Of a stretch of DNA of 64,000 nt, positions 14,460-29,292 are shown one piece after another. How positions within the stretch are numbered: the stretch's first letter is position 1; each line of letters starts with the position of its first letter. A model generated the notes under the pieces. That model was not told where the DNA came from. It searched no databases and saw only the letters and a list, made by a program, of their open reading frames with translations. The stretch is taken from NCBI RefSeq assembly GCF_009914755.1, contig NC_060926.1; one strand, written 5' to 3'. The DNA comes from the human T2T-CHM13v2.0 reference genome, Homo sapiens. Made by a program: the position numbers and the translations under genes.

Positions 14460-15817
14460 CTGTGAGCATAATATGTGACATTCATCGGTTTTCAGAAGTG
14501 GCTTTAAAGTTTTTTCTTCTTCTGAAGCTTTGTGTGGTTGCTGTCTTCAAGCATAGAATTTTAATTTTTCACAGTTCATAGGAGATGCAGGAGAAATCTT
14601 CCTTTCTCCCTGTATGTAGTCTGTGGTTCTCCTCGACAATATGCTGGTATCCATAAAAAAGAAAAATTCAACTTCTAATTTGTGGTATTTGATTTTACCC
14701 AGAGTCAGAGAATGTTCCATAGTCCAAGTCCCATTAATCTTATGGTGAAAATTATGTTATAGTCTGGTACATCCTTCAGTAGGAAATTCCCATGGTTCCA
14801 GGCCCCCAGGGCGGGTCCCTGTGCTGATTTTGGAGGAAATCCACACTGCTTTCTCCAAACTGTGTTAAGCCTTTCCTTTGCTCTTATCAGGCTCGCTCTG
14901 CCCTTTATACAATAAGGCCCAAACAATGAAAAAGCCATGGTGAGATTTAGATGAAAAAAATCACAAAGGAAGGAAATTTGAATTACTGCTTTCACTCAAG
15001 CTCTCATTCAACGGGTCCTAGCATTATCAAAAGATCAGGGAATCATGTTATATATATATAATTATCTATAAATATGCTATTATAGGCTTATGTTCTTAAA
15101 ATATCTCAATCTCTGAACTGCCAAGTAAAAAGTTCCAGAGTACTAGTCAGAATGTCTCGGGGATCTTGGAAATAAATTATGGGTACGCTCATAATTAAAC
15201 TTAACAGAAGGAAGTTAAGATTGATAGTGACAATATCTTTGTTCTTTGATCAAATTTAATTTTGTCTAGACATTAACACCATGCTTAGATATCCTGACAT
15301 CTTTCCATTTTTATATTGTCATTATAGTGGGATACGCATGGACATATTGACATTAATATGTAGAGATCAAGTTGCTTTCATCTTTGCAGTACTGTCATTA
15401 GTTAAGTTTCCTTTAAAGCAGCAGTTAGTCTGTGTGAATTTTTTCTTTTTTATAAGTCTGTGGTAAGTTGGTGATTGTAGTTTCACTCTATTCTCATGAG
15501 TGTAACTTAACACTATTGGGTTTACCCTGGCATGTGAGATAGTCATAATAACATTAACTTCAAAATCTGTAGGATGAAATCTAGGGTTTGAGTTTCCCTA
15601 ATCCTTTGCAGAGCTGTAACTTAGCTGGAAAATTACATTTCCATTGAACATTCTATAATGCTCAGAGGCACTGCAATCAATGAGCGTGAAAATGCCAAGC
15701 ACATCCCATCCTGACACTTCTTATTAAGCATAGAACATTCTTGAGTGAAAGTAATATCACAGAGTAATTTGGCTATTAAGGCAATAATAGCATATCTTGT
15801 CCTGGTGATAAATTTAC

Positions 15818-15972
15818 CTTTTGTTAACAGTTTTTCTCCCCCATTTTAATAGCTGCATTAAGAACGGTGCATAGGAAGTTTCTTGGAACATACTGCCTGT
15901 TCCATATTGGTTTTTTTCTATCTGATTCTAACATTATGTCAAAGGCTGGATGACATAGTTCTATTCTTAGAG
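15818..15972 (-). other. Exon-like segment
   Basis: TTTGCTAG acceptor and AAG|GTAAAT donor; frame LRIELCHPAFDIMLESDRKKPIWNRQYVPRNFLCTVLNAAIKMGEKNC*QK. Confidence 0.4.
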
Positions 15973-16607
15973 CTAGCAAATCCAAAGATTTCAAATCAGT
16001 ATTAAAAAGAAAAACCTAAAGACTTCTTCAGTAAGACCTATTGATATAGTCCAAGTGTTATTCCATAGGTGGTAGGATTACAGGTGATTTTAAAAACTAT
16101 TTTTCTTTGTACTTATCTGTTTTCAAATTTTTCTGTAATTGATATATATTGTTGTGTATTTCAAAAGCTTTATTGTAAGAGGGTTTGTGGATTCAGCTTC
16201 ACAGCTATTTCAAACTACTCAATTACAGAAATATAGTATACTTTTTTATCCCTTTTTTTCAAAATATATTTTATTTTAGTTCCTTGTTTAAAACTGCAAA
16301 AGGCAATATTTTTACTCCTAAAGCTTATGTAGCAAAGAAAGGAGCAAGTCGTTCTTAGCTTTTGGTTTAGGATATTCCTAGGGAGATGTGAGTGTATTAT
16401 GTATTCATTTAAGCATCCCAAGTTGATCAAATTGAAACAAATGAAAAAGTATATTATGCATTCAGCGGACTTGCTTTTTTAGGATAGATATGCTTGGAAT
16501 ATATTCAGATACATTCCTGATAAGTGTTTTTAGTTTGATTAAATATGATCACATCTACACAAAAGCAGCCCTATATTGTACAGCTATGAGAAAATCAGCA
16601 CAACTAC

Positions 16608-16673
16608 CTGCCACTCAATTGGCTCTGAACTTTGATGTTCTTTCACTGCATCTATTATTACCCAGTTTAAAAA
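16608..16673 (-). other. Exon-like segment (66 nt)
   Basis: Strong acceptor TTTTTCTCTCCTGTCCTTTTCTTAG and CAG|GTAGTT donor; open frame FLNWVIIDAVKEHQSSEPIEWQ. Confidence 0.45.
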
Positions 16674-17520
16674 CTAAGAAAAGGACAGGAGAGAAAAAAC
16701 GAAAAAAACATAGGTAGGAAGCAAAAATGCATATTAATAGTCAATTAGTTAACAATTTCTGTTTGACTTATTTATAGTCAAACAATGTACGTCATTTGCC
16801 TGAGTGATGAATTTCCTACCAACACAGTATCTGACATACAGCAGGTACTTAATAAATATTTGTTTTGAATGAATGCATACATTCATAGAAGTAAAATCAT
16901 CATAATGAATTAAAAAATGTAGAACTTCAGAGAAGGGAACTTTGACTGTGGCTTGGAAAATTTTTACCAAGGAGATAGAAATTAAGCTTGGAATTGTAAT
17001 ATGGACATTTCTCAGGTGGAGAAGGCAGGGAATAGATGTCTCAGCTGTAAGCCCTAGACTCATATAGGTTAGATTTTTCCTGAGCAGGAGAAGAGGTCAT
17101 ATGTAAGAAGAGGGAGAGAAAGTGGTTAGATTGGGGAGGTGCTGTTCAGTCACAGAGACGAACCTAGACTTGTTCATTCTACCTTTGTGCTAGGGAGAGC
17201 CCAAATTCTGCCTTGAGGGGACTCTTGGGCCAGTCTTCAGGGAGTTTGTTGAGATCTCTGGTCTCACGTTCAGTTTCTGATTTTGGTTTAGCTCTTCAGC
17301 TCTTCACAAATGTGACTCACTTTTGCCCCACTTGGGCTGATGGTTTAGGACACATGACATCTACCTGGCTACAGAGTTCTTCTCACAGGTATGACCTCAG
17401 ACTCGCTGTTGCTTGGAGTTCAGAGAAGCAGCCCAATGGGAGGGTTATCTGAAGAATTCCTCTAGCTAGTGGTTTTCATGGGAAAAAAATACATGAGATT
17501 TCTCATATATATATATTTAT

Positions 17521-17631
17521 ATGACATCATGAGATTATAGATCTAATATATAATTTTATTATATAATGTTATATATTATATTTATTATATATAATAATAT
17601 ATATTTATAATATATAATCTCATGATGTCAT
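17521..17631. repeat. AT-rich inverted repeat
   Basis: Perfect 19-bp arms ATGACATCATGAGATTATA (17521-17539) / TATAATCTCATGATGTCAT (17613-17631) around a nearly pure A/T spacer. Confidence 0.9.
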
Positions 17632-19239
17632 GTATATCTGATAATCACTATGTGATATATGTGCTCACACATACAAACACATTTTTTTATGTTGTTATAT
17701 GTATTTCATATTATAATATGTATGTATTCACAAAATTTACCCAAAAGTGTATTTTCCCTAGTTCCATATCTTTATAACTTGGGTGCATTCTGATGTACTC
17801 TAGTCTATACTTTTTTGTATTTCATTTCAAAAAATGCTTGTTATAACTGAATGCATTGATTTTATATGCTATAATGGGTCTACCCATAGACTGAAAAATT
17901 TGGCTCTAGTTGAAGTTTCTCAAAAATCAGTGTGTATTAGAAATACTTGGGAAGCTTTTTACAAAGCTAGGTTCCTGAGGCCCCTCCCTCTAAGATTCTG
18001 ACTTGTTGCATCATAGAAAAGGCCCAGGAACCTACATTTTTTGGCTCAATATATGGAAAATAAAAACAACAGTGCTCAGTAGACGGTGCTAAGGTCCATA
18101 TGAGAAGTTCACACAGTGTGTTAAATCCATGTTCAGAGTGAAGAGTGTTTGCTGTCCTGAACAGAGTCTGCACTCCTCCAACTGCACCTCTCAATGGGTG
18201 ATTATTTCAAAGATGTCAAGAAAGAAAAGCCAACTCATAAAAGAGGGAAACAAAGAAGCCGGTTCATTGGAGAAAAGTTATTTATGTGACCTGTTAAAAT
18301 GGAAACCTTTGGAAGCATTGCTTTGTTTAATATATTCACCTAACTTGGGCTTTATAAAACATTAATCTTCCTCTCTTCCTTTCAATGTAGTGAAATAAGC
18401 TTAAAATGTGATTAAGCTAATGATATCTAGAGGTGACAGGCTGAGGCACGTTAATTCCTGAGTAAAGTACCCTTTGGTTGAGAAACTCATAACTAAACTG
18501 GCCATCAACAGATCGCCAGGGAAAGCCTGCAAAGGTGAGAGTACTTAAGGCTTCTAAGAAAGTAAATAAAGGTCCACATGCCCAGAATCTAAAACGTAGT
18601 CACGCAAAATGAACCTCATGATATTCAGATGGTGTATAAAAGAATGGGTTCTGTTTGCTCGTTTGCCTTTTTTAGAGCCCTAAAAGTCCACACTTGTTTT
18701 AAGCAGCTGCAAAATAAGTAAATAGATTTTTGAGAGCAAAATTAAGATTTGGTTGAAACATCTTTCTCATCAAATAGCATGTTTAGGCCCCAGATGCTCT
18801 ATGAAGCACTCATAAATAATGTGATTTCTGTCTCTAGAAGCTGACATTTGCAAGAAGATGCCTGGTAAAAGTGTAGATATAAAATACGTATTTGTAGAAA
18901 TACAATATGCTGTCTTTTGTATAAGAAGATAATGTTAAATGACCTATCATCATTTATTTTGAGCCTCTTTTCTGTCTACATACTCTTACCCAGCTACCCT
19001 CATAACAAAACACACATTTACCAAAGGAATAATTCATGGAACAAAACAAAATGAGATAAGGTGCTGAGTTAGTTTTTCACTATACTTTTAGCATTTCGGT
19101 GGTCTGTGATAAACAATGGAACTAACCAGTAAAATAAGCTTAGATTGAAAAATGCCTTAATCTGCCTCCATGCAAAAGAAATATTCGTATTATATAAAAT
19201 TCAATTTTCTTGAATATTTGCATTATATGTATTTTAAAA

Positions 19240-21300
19240 TTGCTTTCTTGAAGTATAAATGACATGCAATAAAGTGCATATATTTAGGTGTACAATTTGA
19301 TAAATTTCAACACATGTATACACCCATGAAACCACTGCTGCAATCAAGATAAAGGACATATGCATTACAGCCCTGCACTGTCTTGTTCCCCTTTCTAATC
19401 CCTGCCTCCTACCCTACGCATCCCCTCCTCCTCCCAACAATCTCTAGGCATTCACTGTTGATTAGTTTGCATTCCCTAGAATTTTATATGAAAGTAACCA
19501 TACAACATGCATTCTTGTTTTGTCTGGCTTTTTTTTCACTCAGGAATTATTTTGAGACACGCCCAGATTGTAGCATTCGTTAACAGTTCATTCCTCATTA
19601 TTGCTGAGTAGTATTCCATTGTATGGACATATCACAATTGTTTGTCCGTATACCCATTGAAGGACATTTGGTTGTTTCCAGTTTTTGGCTATTATAATAA
19701 AACTGCATGACCATTTACGGCTAAGTCTTTATATAGATATATGCTTTTATTTCTCCAGGTAAATACATAGGATTAGAATGGCTAGATCACGGGGTAGGTT
19801 TATGTCTAACTTTTTTTTTCTTTTTTCTTTTTTTTTTTTGAGACACAGTCTCTCTCTGTTACCCAGGCTGGAGTACAGTGGTGCAATCTTGGTTTACTGC
19901 AACCTCTGTCTTCAGGGTTCAAGGGACTCTTGTGCCTCAGTCTCCTGAGTAGCTGGGATTACAGGTGTATGATACCACACCCAGCTCATTTTTGTATTTT
20001 TAGTAGAGTTGGGGCTTCTCCATGTTGGCCAGGCTGGTCTTGAACTCCTGGCCTCAAATGATTCAAGTGTCTTGGCCTCCCAAAGTGCTGGTATTACAGG
20101 CATGAGCCACCGCGCCTGGCATGTCTAACTTTTTAAGATACCATGAAACGGTTTTCCAAGCTGGTTGTACTATTTTACATTCTCATTAGCAGGGTATCAG
20201 AGGTCCGGTTTTAAGCATCTTTACTAATATTTGGTATGATTTGTCTTTTTATTTTTATTTTTTGTGAGTTATTGGTATAATTTTTTTTTCTTTTTCAACT
20301 TTTATTTTAGATTTAGGTAGTATACATGCACGTTTGTTACCTGGGTATATTGCATGATGCTGAGGTTTGGAGTCTGAATGATCCCGTCACTCAGACACTG
20401 AGCATGGTACCCAACATTTAGTTTTTCAACCCTTGCCCCTCTCTCTCCTGGCTCTGGTAGTCCCCAGTGTCTATTGTTGTCATCTTCGTGTTCATGAGTA
20501 CTTGATGTTTGGCTCTCACTTATAAGCGAACGTGTGGTATTTGGTTTTCTGTTTCTGTGTTAATTTGCTTAGGATAAGGGCCTCCAATTGCATCCATCTT
20601 GTTGCGAAGGACATGATCTCATTCTTTTCAATTTGTCTTTTTAGAAGTGTGTTGTTTAATCTCCAAATATTTTGGGATTTTCAACCATCTTTCTATTATG
20701 GATTTCTAGTTTAATTCCATTGTGGTCTGAGAACATACTTTGTATGATTTCTATTCTTTTAAATTTGCTTAGGCACATCTTATGGCCCAGAATGTGGTCT
20801 GTATTGAATGTTCCATGTGAATTTGGGAAGAATGAGTACTCTGCTGTTGTTGGATGCAGTACTCTGTAAGTGTTAATTAGATACAGTTGATTGGTGGTAC
20901 TATTCAGTTCAACTACAATATGTCCTTACTGGTTTTTCTGCCTGCTGGATCTATCAATTACTGAAAGAAGGGTGTTAAAGTTTCCAATTATAATATTTGT
21001 CTATTTCTCCTTGCAGTGCTATCAGTTTTTACCTCATGTATTTTGATGCTGTGTTGTTAGGTATATACCTTTAAGCATTGTTACATCTTCTTGGAGAATT
21101 AGCCCCTTTATCATTACACAGTGTCCTTCTTCGTTGCTGAAAACTTTCCTTGTTCTAAATTCTGGCTTGTCTGAAATTAGTACAGTTACTCCAGCTTTAT
21201 TTTGGTTTGTGTTAGCATGGTATATCTTTTTCCATCCCATTTATCTTCCCTTCCCTTTCTGCTTTCTCTGTTATTAATTGATCATCTTATATGATTCCAT
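19240..21300 (-). mobile_element. Cluster of old L1 fragments (L1M and L1PB/MA-type 3' end at about 20280-20630) with an Alu at 19811-20120
   Basis: Reverse-complement L1 3' UTRs; 21034-21240 translates to L1 ORF2 endonuclease-like GWKKIYHANTNQNKAGVTVLISDK. Confidence 0.85.
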
Positions 21301-21429
21301 CCTCTCTTCTCTCTAAACATGTCAATATACTTTCTTTAAAAGGGCCCTGGGCACTGCCTGGGTCCCTCTCTATGTGCTGCAGCATGGAAATTCTCTCCAA
21401 GTGGTAAGCTGAGGTTGTTGTCAGACTCA

Positions 21430-21625
21430 CCTTGGCACTATTGATATTTGGGGACAGATAATTCTTTGTTATAGGGGGCTGAAGTGCATTGTAGGGTGCT
21501 TAGCACCATCCTTGGTCTCTACCCACTAATAGTAGCATCCTCAGTTGTGACAATCGAGAATATCCCCAGATGTTGTGAAGTATTCTCTGGGGGCCAAAAT
21601 TATGCCCAGTTGAGAACTACTGATT
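21430..21625. mobile_element. MER20 DNA transposon
   Basis: CCTTGGCACTATTGATATTTGGGG...GTTGAGAACTACTG. Confidence 0.8.
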
Positions 21626-22119
21626 TCGAGATTTGAACACAGACTCTTCAACCTGACACGCCTCCCTAATATGTTCCTGTCTAACCTTTCCCAGTCTCAT
21701 CACCTAGACTTTTGCTCATTCCATTCTCTAGCCAAAAAACTACTTGCTGTTCTCCTATCATGCCTTAAACACCAGTGTCCCTGTGCCCCTTTTGTGCTGT
21801 TCTCTCTGCCCAAAATGTCCTCTCCCATCTCTCTGTCAAAATTCTCCCCACTTTAAAGACCCACCAAAAATACCAAATTTTCTACAAAGCCCTTTTGATT
21901 TTCTAAGCTGATATGATTTTCCTCTACTAGTTTATTTGTCTCACACCCCTATCCACCTTAGTAATGGTAAGCTTCTTAATGCATATTTTCCCTTCTGCAC
22001 ACGTATTGTGGCTTTTGCACACATGGTACTGCCCTTCACTGCACATAACAGGTGCTCAATATATATTAACTGAATTTTTAGTTTTTACATATTGAGGTTC
22101 CTTTTAAAATATAAATCTG

Positions 22120-23005
22120 CTACCATTCAATAATAAAAGACAACCCAATTTAAAATGGGCAAAGGATCTGAATAGATATTTCTCCAAAGAAGATCTACAA
22201 ATAGTCAATAAGCACATAAAAAAGATGTTCAACATAATTAGTTATTAGGGAAATGCAAATCAAAACCACCATGAGATACCACTGCACATCCACTAGGATG
22301 GCTATAATAAAAAAGACAGTTAATATCAAGTGTTGGCAAGTATGTGGAGAAATTAGAATTCTCATACACTTCTGGCAGGAACATAAATGCTTTGGTAAAT
22401 TCTTTGGTAGACAGTCTGGCAGTTTCTCAAATGGTGAAATATAGTTACTATATGTTGTAGCAATTCCACTCCTAACTATAGACAGACCCAAGAGAAATGA
22501 AATTTGTGTCCACACAAAAACTTGCATACAAATATTCATAGCAGCATTATTCATAATATTCACAAAATGAAAACAATGCAAATCCATCAACTGATTAAGG
22601 AATACATAAAAGGTGATATATTCATACAATGGCATGTTATTAGCCAACAAAAAGAAATAGGTACTGATATCTGCTACAATGTGAATGAACCTTGAAAGTA
22701 TTATGCTAAGTGAGTGGAACCAGTCACAAAGGGTCACAAATTGTAGAATTTCATTTTATTGAAATGCCTAGAGTAGGCAAATCTATAGACATGGAAATCA
22801 GATTTGTGGTTGCCTAAAACTTGAAGGATGGGAAGACTATGGGAGGGTGGCTGTGGGGTATGGTATTTCTTTTTGGGAGTAATGAGTGTTCTAAAACTGA
22901 TCATGGTGATGGATGCACAATTCTGTGAATATACTAAAAGCCATTGAATTGTCTACTTTAAATGGGTGAGTTGTGTGGCATGTGAATAATATCTCAATAA
23001 AGCTC
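22120..23005 (+). mobile_element. L1MB-type: ORF2 C-terminal remnant and 3' UTR
   Basis: MQIKTTMRYHCTSTRMAIIKKT...KCW is the L1 ORF2 C-terminus; ends ATCTCAATAAAGC. Confidence 0.9.
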
Positions 23006-23903
23006 TTTTTACAAGGCATATCTTTTAATTAAGATTCCAAAGAGAAATATGTAATATTTAACATATGATCAATATATAAAAAAAGTTGATAAAAAACAAA
23101 AATCCCTTTCTATGAGAAAACAATTGGACAGCAAAGCCAGTTCTCTTGGCAAGAAGAAAATTGCTGAAGCTTTCACAAATCTGCCTGTAGAGTAACAGAT
23201 GAATTCTACTAGGATGGGTTTTTGCTATTTTTGCTAAGACAACCTTTTTGGCACATCGTTATTAAGCTTTGACTCATTACCATTTGTGACAACACTGATA
23301 AAGGTCCCACCTAAGAACACTCCTTTACTCTATTTCATACTGTGTTATTAGAATATGTATCCAAGCCTTGTCTTTGCAAATAGCCAGAATAGCCATTACT
23401 TCCTGCATTCATAACGTGATCATCCTGAGCTAAATAAGGTGGATTCTCACACAGAGAACAAGTACTTGAGGCAAACTAATTAAAAGACAGACTTGAAGAT
23501 CAGACCTGATATAGTCCCCTCTGTTTTCCAGACAGGCACTCCTGAATATAAATACATACCCCTTCCGATACATTGTTATCTGTTAGATGTCTTTGTGCAA
23601 ACTAGAGTAGATTTATGTTTTGTTTCATGGGTGGAGACACTCAGAGAAATAGGAACAATGTTTTGGGGAATTCTAAACCGATTTTTAAAATCATGCCTGT
23701 TACCTGCTGAAAAAAACTTTATATTCACAAAAAAGGTAGAGTCAATTGGTTATTTAATATATTGTAAATCTACTTGTGATATTATTGTGATCTAGATTAG
23801 TGCAAACTACTAGGCATTTAACATCTTTTCTCCTCCTGTTATAATCAGTAGCGTAAAAAAAAATCAGCTATTTTTAACTCTTGCCACTGGCAATAAATTA
23901 TGA

Positions 23904-24246
<343 letters not shown>

Positions 24247-24366
24247 GTTATTGTATCCATATTCATTTTTAAGACAAGCATATTAAAGAGCACATATTAA
24301 TAAACCAATGAAATAGAATAATTCTAAGAATTTTTCAGGAAAAAATGCACCTTGCTGGAAATCCAT

Positions 24367-24399
<33 letters not shown>

Positions 24400-25069
24400 T
24401 TGTGTGTTTCAGTGCAAGATGTAGAAGGGGTAATTGTACCCCATTGATGGTCAATTAGTTTTAAGTAATCTGTTTCACCGGAAGAGACAAAAATATAAAT
24501 GAGAAGTGTTTTTGAATTTTGTTTTTTAACTAGCTTCATCTTAGTGTATAGGTATGAAAGCAAGTCAAAGGGCTACTTGGCTGGGAACCTCTTGGTAAAG
24601 TAATCGGCTTTGATGTTAGCCTTTTGATAACCCCCACGGGTGTGCATAGAGGAAAGGACAGTTCTTCAGGATTTGCTTCCTTTGACTGAGGCTTGATAAA
24701 CTTACAAATTCTAACTTTATGTAGCAGCACCTGGAATACTGGGGTTTTCCTGTGAGGAGGCAAATAATAAATGATAGGGAAAAAACACAAGACCCAGTGG
24801 GAAATATAAACACAAGAAAAGAAACAAAAAGTATAACCCGTAGGAATAGAACACATTTGAGTTTTGAGCTGGTGAAGAGTTCAGAGATAATCACATTCAA
24901 TATTTTAATTTTGGTCATGAATGAATATGGGTCCCAAAGAGGTTAAAGGAAATATCCAAGATCACTAGGGAGTTAAGGCTGGAACCAGAATTAAACCCAA
25001 CTCCTTGCAGTGTTTTTTAAAATACTATAACAATGTAGGATAAAACAATATGGAGGGAATGTCATGTAG

Positions 25070-25725
25070 TCATTCCTTAATTCCACAAATATTTATTGAG
25101 TGCATATGATGTTCCAGGTTCTGGGGTAGGCACTGGGTTTGCAATAGTGAATGGAATGGAAAATGTTTCCACCCTCGTGGGTCTTACAGTTAGGTGGTAG
25201 AGACTGAGTGATAGTCTCTTTGGGCAAACACACACAGACACAATTATGAACTCTGGAAGACAGAGACCGGGTGCTACAAGAACACATAATAAGGAGGCCT
25301 AGTGGGACAGTCAGGGTTGGGTCCGTACATATAAATTCACATCCTAACTTTCTTGTCTCCCATCTTTCTTCCTGTTGTGACTTCCAGGCCTAGTTGTGTC
25401 CATGTTCACATTATCTCTGCCTGAAACACACTCTTTTTCCTTCTAACGTGGGAAACATCCTCTTGTCCTTTGGGGCCCAACTTCAATGTCATTTCCACAG
25501 AGAGGCTTTCCTTGACCTCCAGCCTAGGTTGCACACACCCATCATTCATTCTCACAGCACCATATATTTTTCCATAGTCAGACTTTTCACAATTGATTGT
25601 GTAGTTTAAGATCTGGTCACCTCACTAGACTGAGGACAGGGATCATGCCTTGCCTTGTCCTGTGAACAGTCCTGCTATGTGTTAGACATTCAATAAATGT
25701 TTATTGAATGACTGAATGAATGACT
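25070..25725. mobile_element. Two L2 3' fragments in opposite orientation
   Basis: CAAATATTTATTGAGTG (minus) and TTCAATAAATGTTTATTGAATGACTGAATGAATG (plus) tails. Confidence 0.7.
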
Positions 25726-25899
25726 CTGTCTGGACTGTCATTAGTAATGATGACCATCCTTTCCTTGAAACCTCAGAAGTCCATGAGGTCAAAAGCAGCT
25801 TAGTTCATGTAAAAAATACCTTCCTTGTTGCCTTGACCTCTTTTCTTGATCTCTCTATTCTGAATTTCTCTAATTGTTGACATAGAATAATCCATTCTT

Positions 25900-26449
<550 letters not shown>

Positions 26450-26469
26450 ACAAAGAAAAGAGAAAGAAA

Positions 26470-26730
26470 TACAAATACTGCATGTTTTCACTTGTAAGTG
26501 GAAGCTAAACACTGCGTACTCATGACCACAAAGATGGGAACAATAGATGCTGGGGACTACCACAGAGTAGGGAGGGAGTGAAGGGGGCAAGGGCTGAAAC
26601 ACTACCTATTGGGTACTATACTCACTACCTGGGTGAAGGGATCATTTGTATCCCAAACCTCAGCATCACACAACATACCTTTGTAACAGACATGCACATG
26701 TTTCTCCTGGATCTAAAATAAAAGTTGAGA
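26470..26730 (+). mobile_element. L1PB/L1MA-type 3' end
   Basis: ACTACCTATTGGGTACTATACTCACTACCTGGGTGA...TCTAAAATAAAAGTTG. Confidence 0.85.
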
Positions 26731-29084
26731 AAAAGAGAACCCTCTAGCTGAAAGTGTGGTGAACATTCCTGCAAAACGTACATTTCCTTGAAAAGTCTGG
26801 ATGTGGGCGTGTTCTGATGATAAGGAAGTTCTGTCAGCCATATATTGGTCCATGCTTTCCTGAAGTAGCCCAACTCCCTAGCACAGATAGACACACAGAG
26901 GAAGAGTGCCTCAGAACAAAAATAAGTTTTCAAAACAAAAAATATCAAGAATTACAGAAGTCTGGAGGGGAAACTCATGGTCAAAGCAACGTGTTGATAT
27001 AGAAAATAACGAAAGATACAAAGAAACCTCACAAACTAATTTTTGCAGGCTATTTAGTCTTTACTGTTGGCTCTGCTTCTGGAAGGAGAACACAGTCATG
27101 CATCTTGCTTTGTCCTTCTTCAACAGTTCAATATAGTAATGAACGTGTTGAATATCTACTCTGTGCATATCTAGCATGACTAAGGAAATGAATATGACCA
27201 CGACTCTCTTCAGAATAACAAACTAGTAGGAGATAGAAATATGTATATGACTGCAAAGACAGGTAAAAATAATGTGCTCCCAGCAGGAGCTATAAACAAA
27301 ACGTCATAGGAGCCCAGAGAGTGCGTGGTAATTGTAGACTAAGAAGAATCACTGATGTTCTTCATGGAGGCTTTTGCATTTAATTAGGCTTAAAAAAGTG
27401 GGCTTCAACAGTCAGATATGGCAGGGCAGGAAGGACTGGTGGGAGGAAGAATGGGGTTTATGAGGAATGAAGGAGGGGAGGATATTTCGGGGGGAGAGAA
27501 TGGCTTGACTGAATCCACAGAGTGACAGTACATTAGAAAACAGTTGAGCTGACCCTAGAGGGTATGGCGTGGGGCTGGAGATGTCTGGTTGGGGATAGAG
27601 TGCAAAAGTACTTTCTGAGCTCAAATTGTAGAAGGTCTTCAATTCCATTTAAGGCGATTGGATTGGTTTCAAGTAGGCTGGTCCGTGGGGTGGGAGGTGG
27701 GAGTTGAAAGTCCATGAAACTCAAAATGCTTCATCATCCTCAAAACTCATAATCTTTTTGAATATTTAATTTATTTTTAGTCTATCCTTCTTAGGTTCAT
27801 TTTACAGAGTAGTTTTGGTAGATGTTTGTCTTTTTTTCATTTCTGTATTTGTAGCCTTTAGCACACAGCCTACCACATACAGACATTCAACAAATTTGTT
27901 GAGTGTTGTTCACTTCCTCTCAGGCCTTGTCTATACATAAATGGAAAATGTCTATCAGCACACATTAACTCAACTTCACACAAGTGATCAATCTGGACCA
28001 TTCAGGCTAAACGACCTTTCTCACCAGCCTGTATTCTAACCCATCTGCATAATCAAGCCACACTTCTAATTTGTCTTGCTTTTAGGGTTGTAGCCAATTT
28101 AAGTTTCTTTTGGATTTTCTGCTGGATTGCCAACATTCTATTTGGTAAGAAGATAGCCAAGTTAGATAATTGGAAACAAAGAAGAAAAAAATGTTTTCCA
28201 CTATGAGCAGTCCTTCGGTTCCTCTTAATTTTCCTGATAATTGCTTTAACCCTACACTTCAAGTTGCCTAACTGTTTAGTTTCCACATTTTAGGGTCCAA
28301 TGCACAATTCCTTGAAATTCAATTGACATGTTAACTTTGAACCTTCAAAGAAGAAAAGCTTTCACTCCCACATGGTCACATATGCCTGAACTGCTTGCCT
28401 CTTTACATACAGAACAGGCTTGGTTGCCTTTGCAGAAAATTAAATAACTCATCTTTTTTACGCAAATGCCAAACATCAAAAGGGCCAACTACCTACTGAG
28501 AGTAGTGTTCAAAGACCAGCTTAAAAAATCAAGAGATGAATGAAAGCCAAGGTTTTTGCACAGCAAATACTTGCAAGAAACTTCTGGTAGTCATGGAGTA
28601 AAATCCCATTTTCATAGTTTCACTGTGCTTTTAGATATGTTGGGCTGGGTTTTCCCATTGCTTGTCATATTCTCAGGGATAAATTGGATGCTTATGCTGT
28701 TTTGGAAATGGTATTAATTTAAGCCTCTCTGATGAGATATGCAGTAAAAATGTATCATAGTGCTGATGTCAGGGGAAGGGAGATGACACTCCTGTGGGAA
28801 GATTTGTATGACCCAGGGTATGGCTAAGTCCATAAAATGCTTTCCATGGAGCAGGATTGTACTGCAGGAGCCTGTGGGATTAGTCTAGTTTATGTCATCA
28901 ATTAAAACCTCCATCTTCCATGAAACCTTCTCTGTTTCCCATTGGTTCTGGGCTGAGTTGGGAGCTGACTTGGACCTCACTCCTCCATGGCTTTGCATTC
29001 TGTCTTCCTTTCTGGCTAAAGTGCCAAGTCTCTGCCATCAACACCTGTTTGTGCCAGTGAAATACAATACTCTCTTGCTCTGTT

Positions 29085-29173
29085 TTTCTTGCTTCCTTCC
29101 TCTTTTCCCTTCCTTCCTTATTTCCTTCCTTCCTTCCTCCCTCACTCCCTCTCTCTGTTTCTCTCTTTCTTTT

Positions 29174-29237
<64 letters not shown>

Positions 29238-29292
29238 TTCTTTCTTTCTTTCTTCTCTCTCTCTCTCTTTCTGTCTTTCTCTTTTTCTTTCC
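29085..29292. repeat. (TTTC)n / (TTCC)n polypyrimidine tract
   Basis: Directly visible; explains the spurious K/E/R and F/L/S ORFs. Confidence 0.95.

Noticed and set aside
22195-22737. 180-aa minus-strand ORF
   Set aside because: Antisense to a decayed L1 ORF2 3' end.
28086-28711. Plus-strand hydrophobic peptides (VVANLSFFWIFCWIANILF; MLGWVFPLLVIFSG) resembling GPCR helices, each with AG/GT boundaries
   Set aside because: They are the T-rich antisense of A-rich minus-strand exon candidates, which yields hydrophobic residues by composition; no other helices or consistent phase found.
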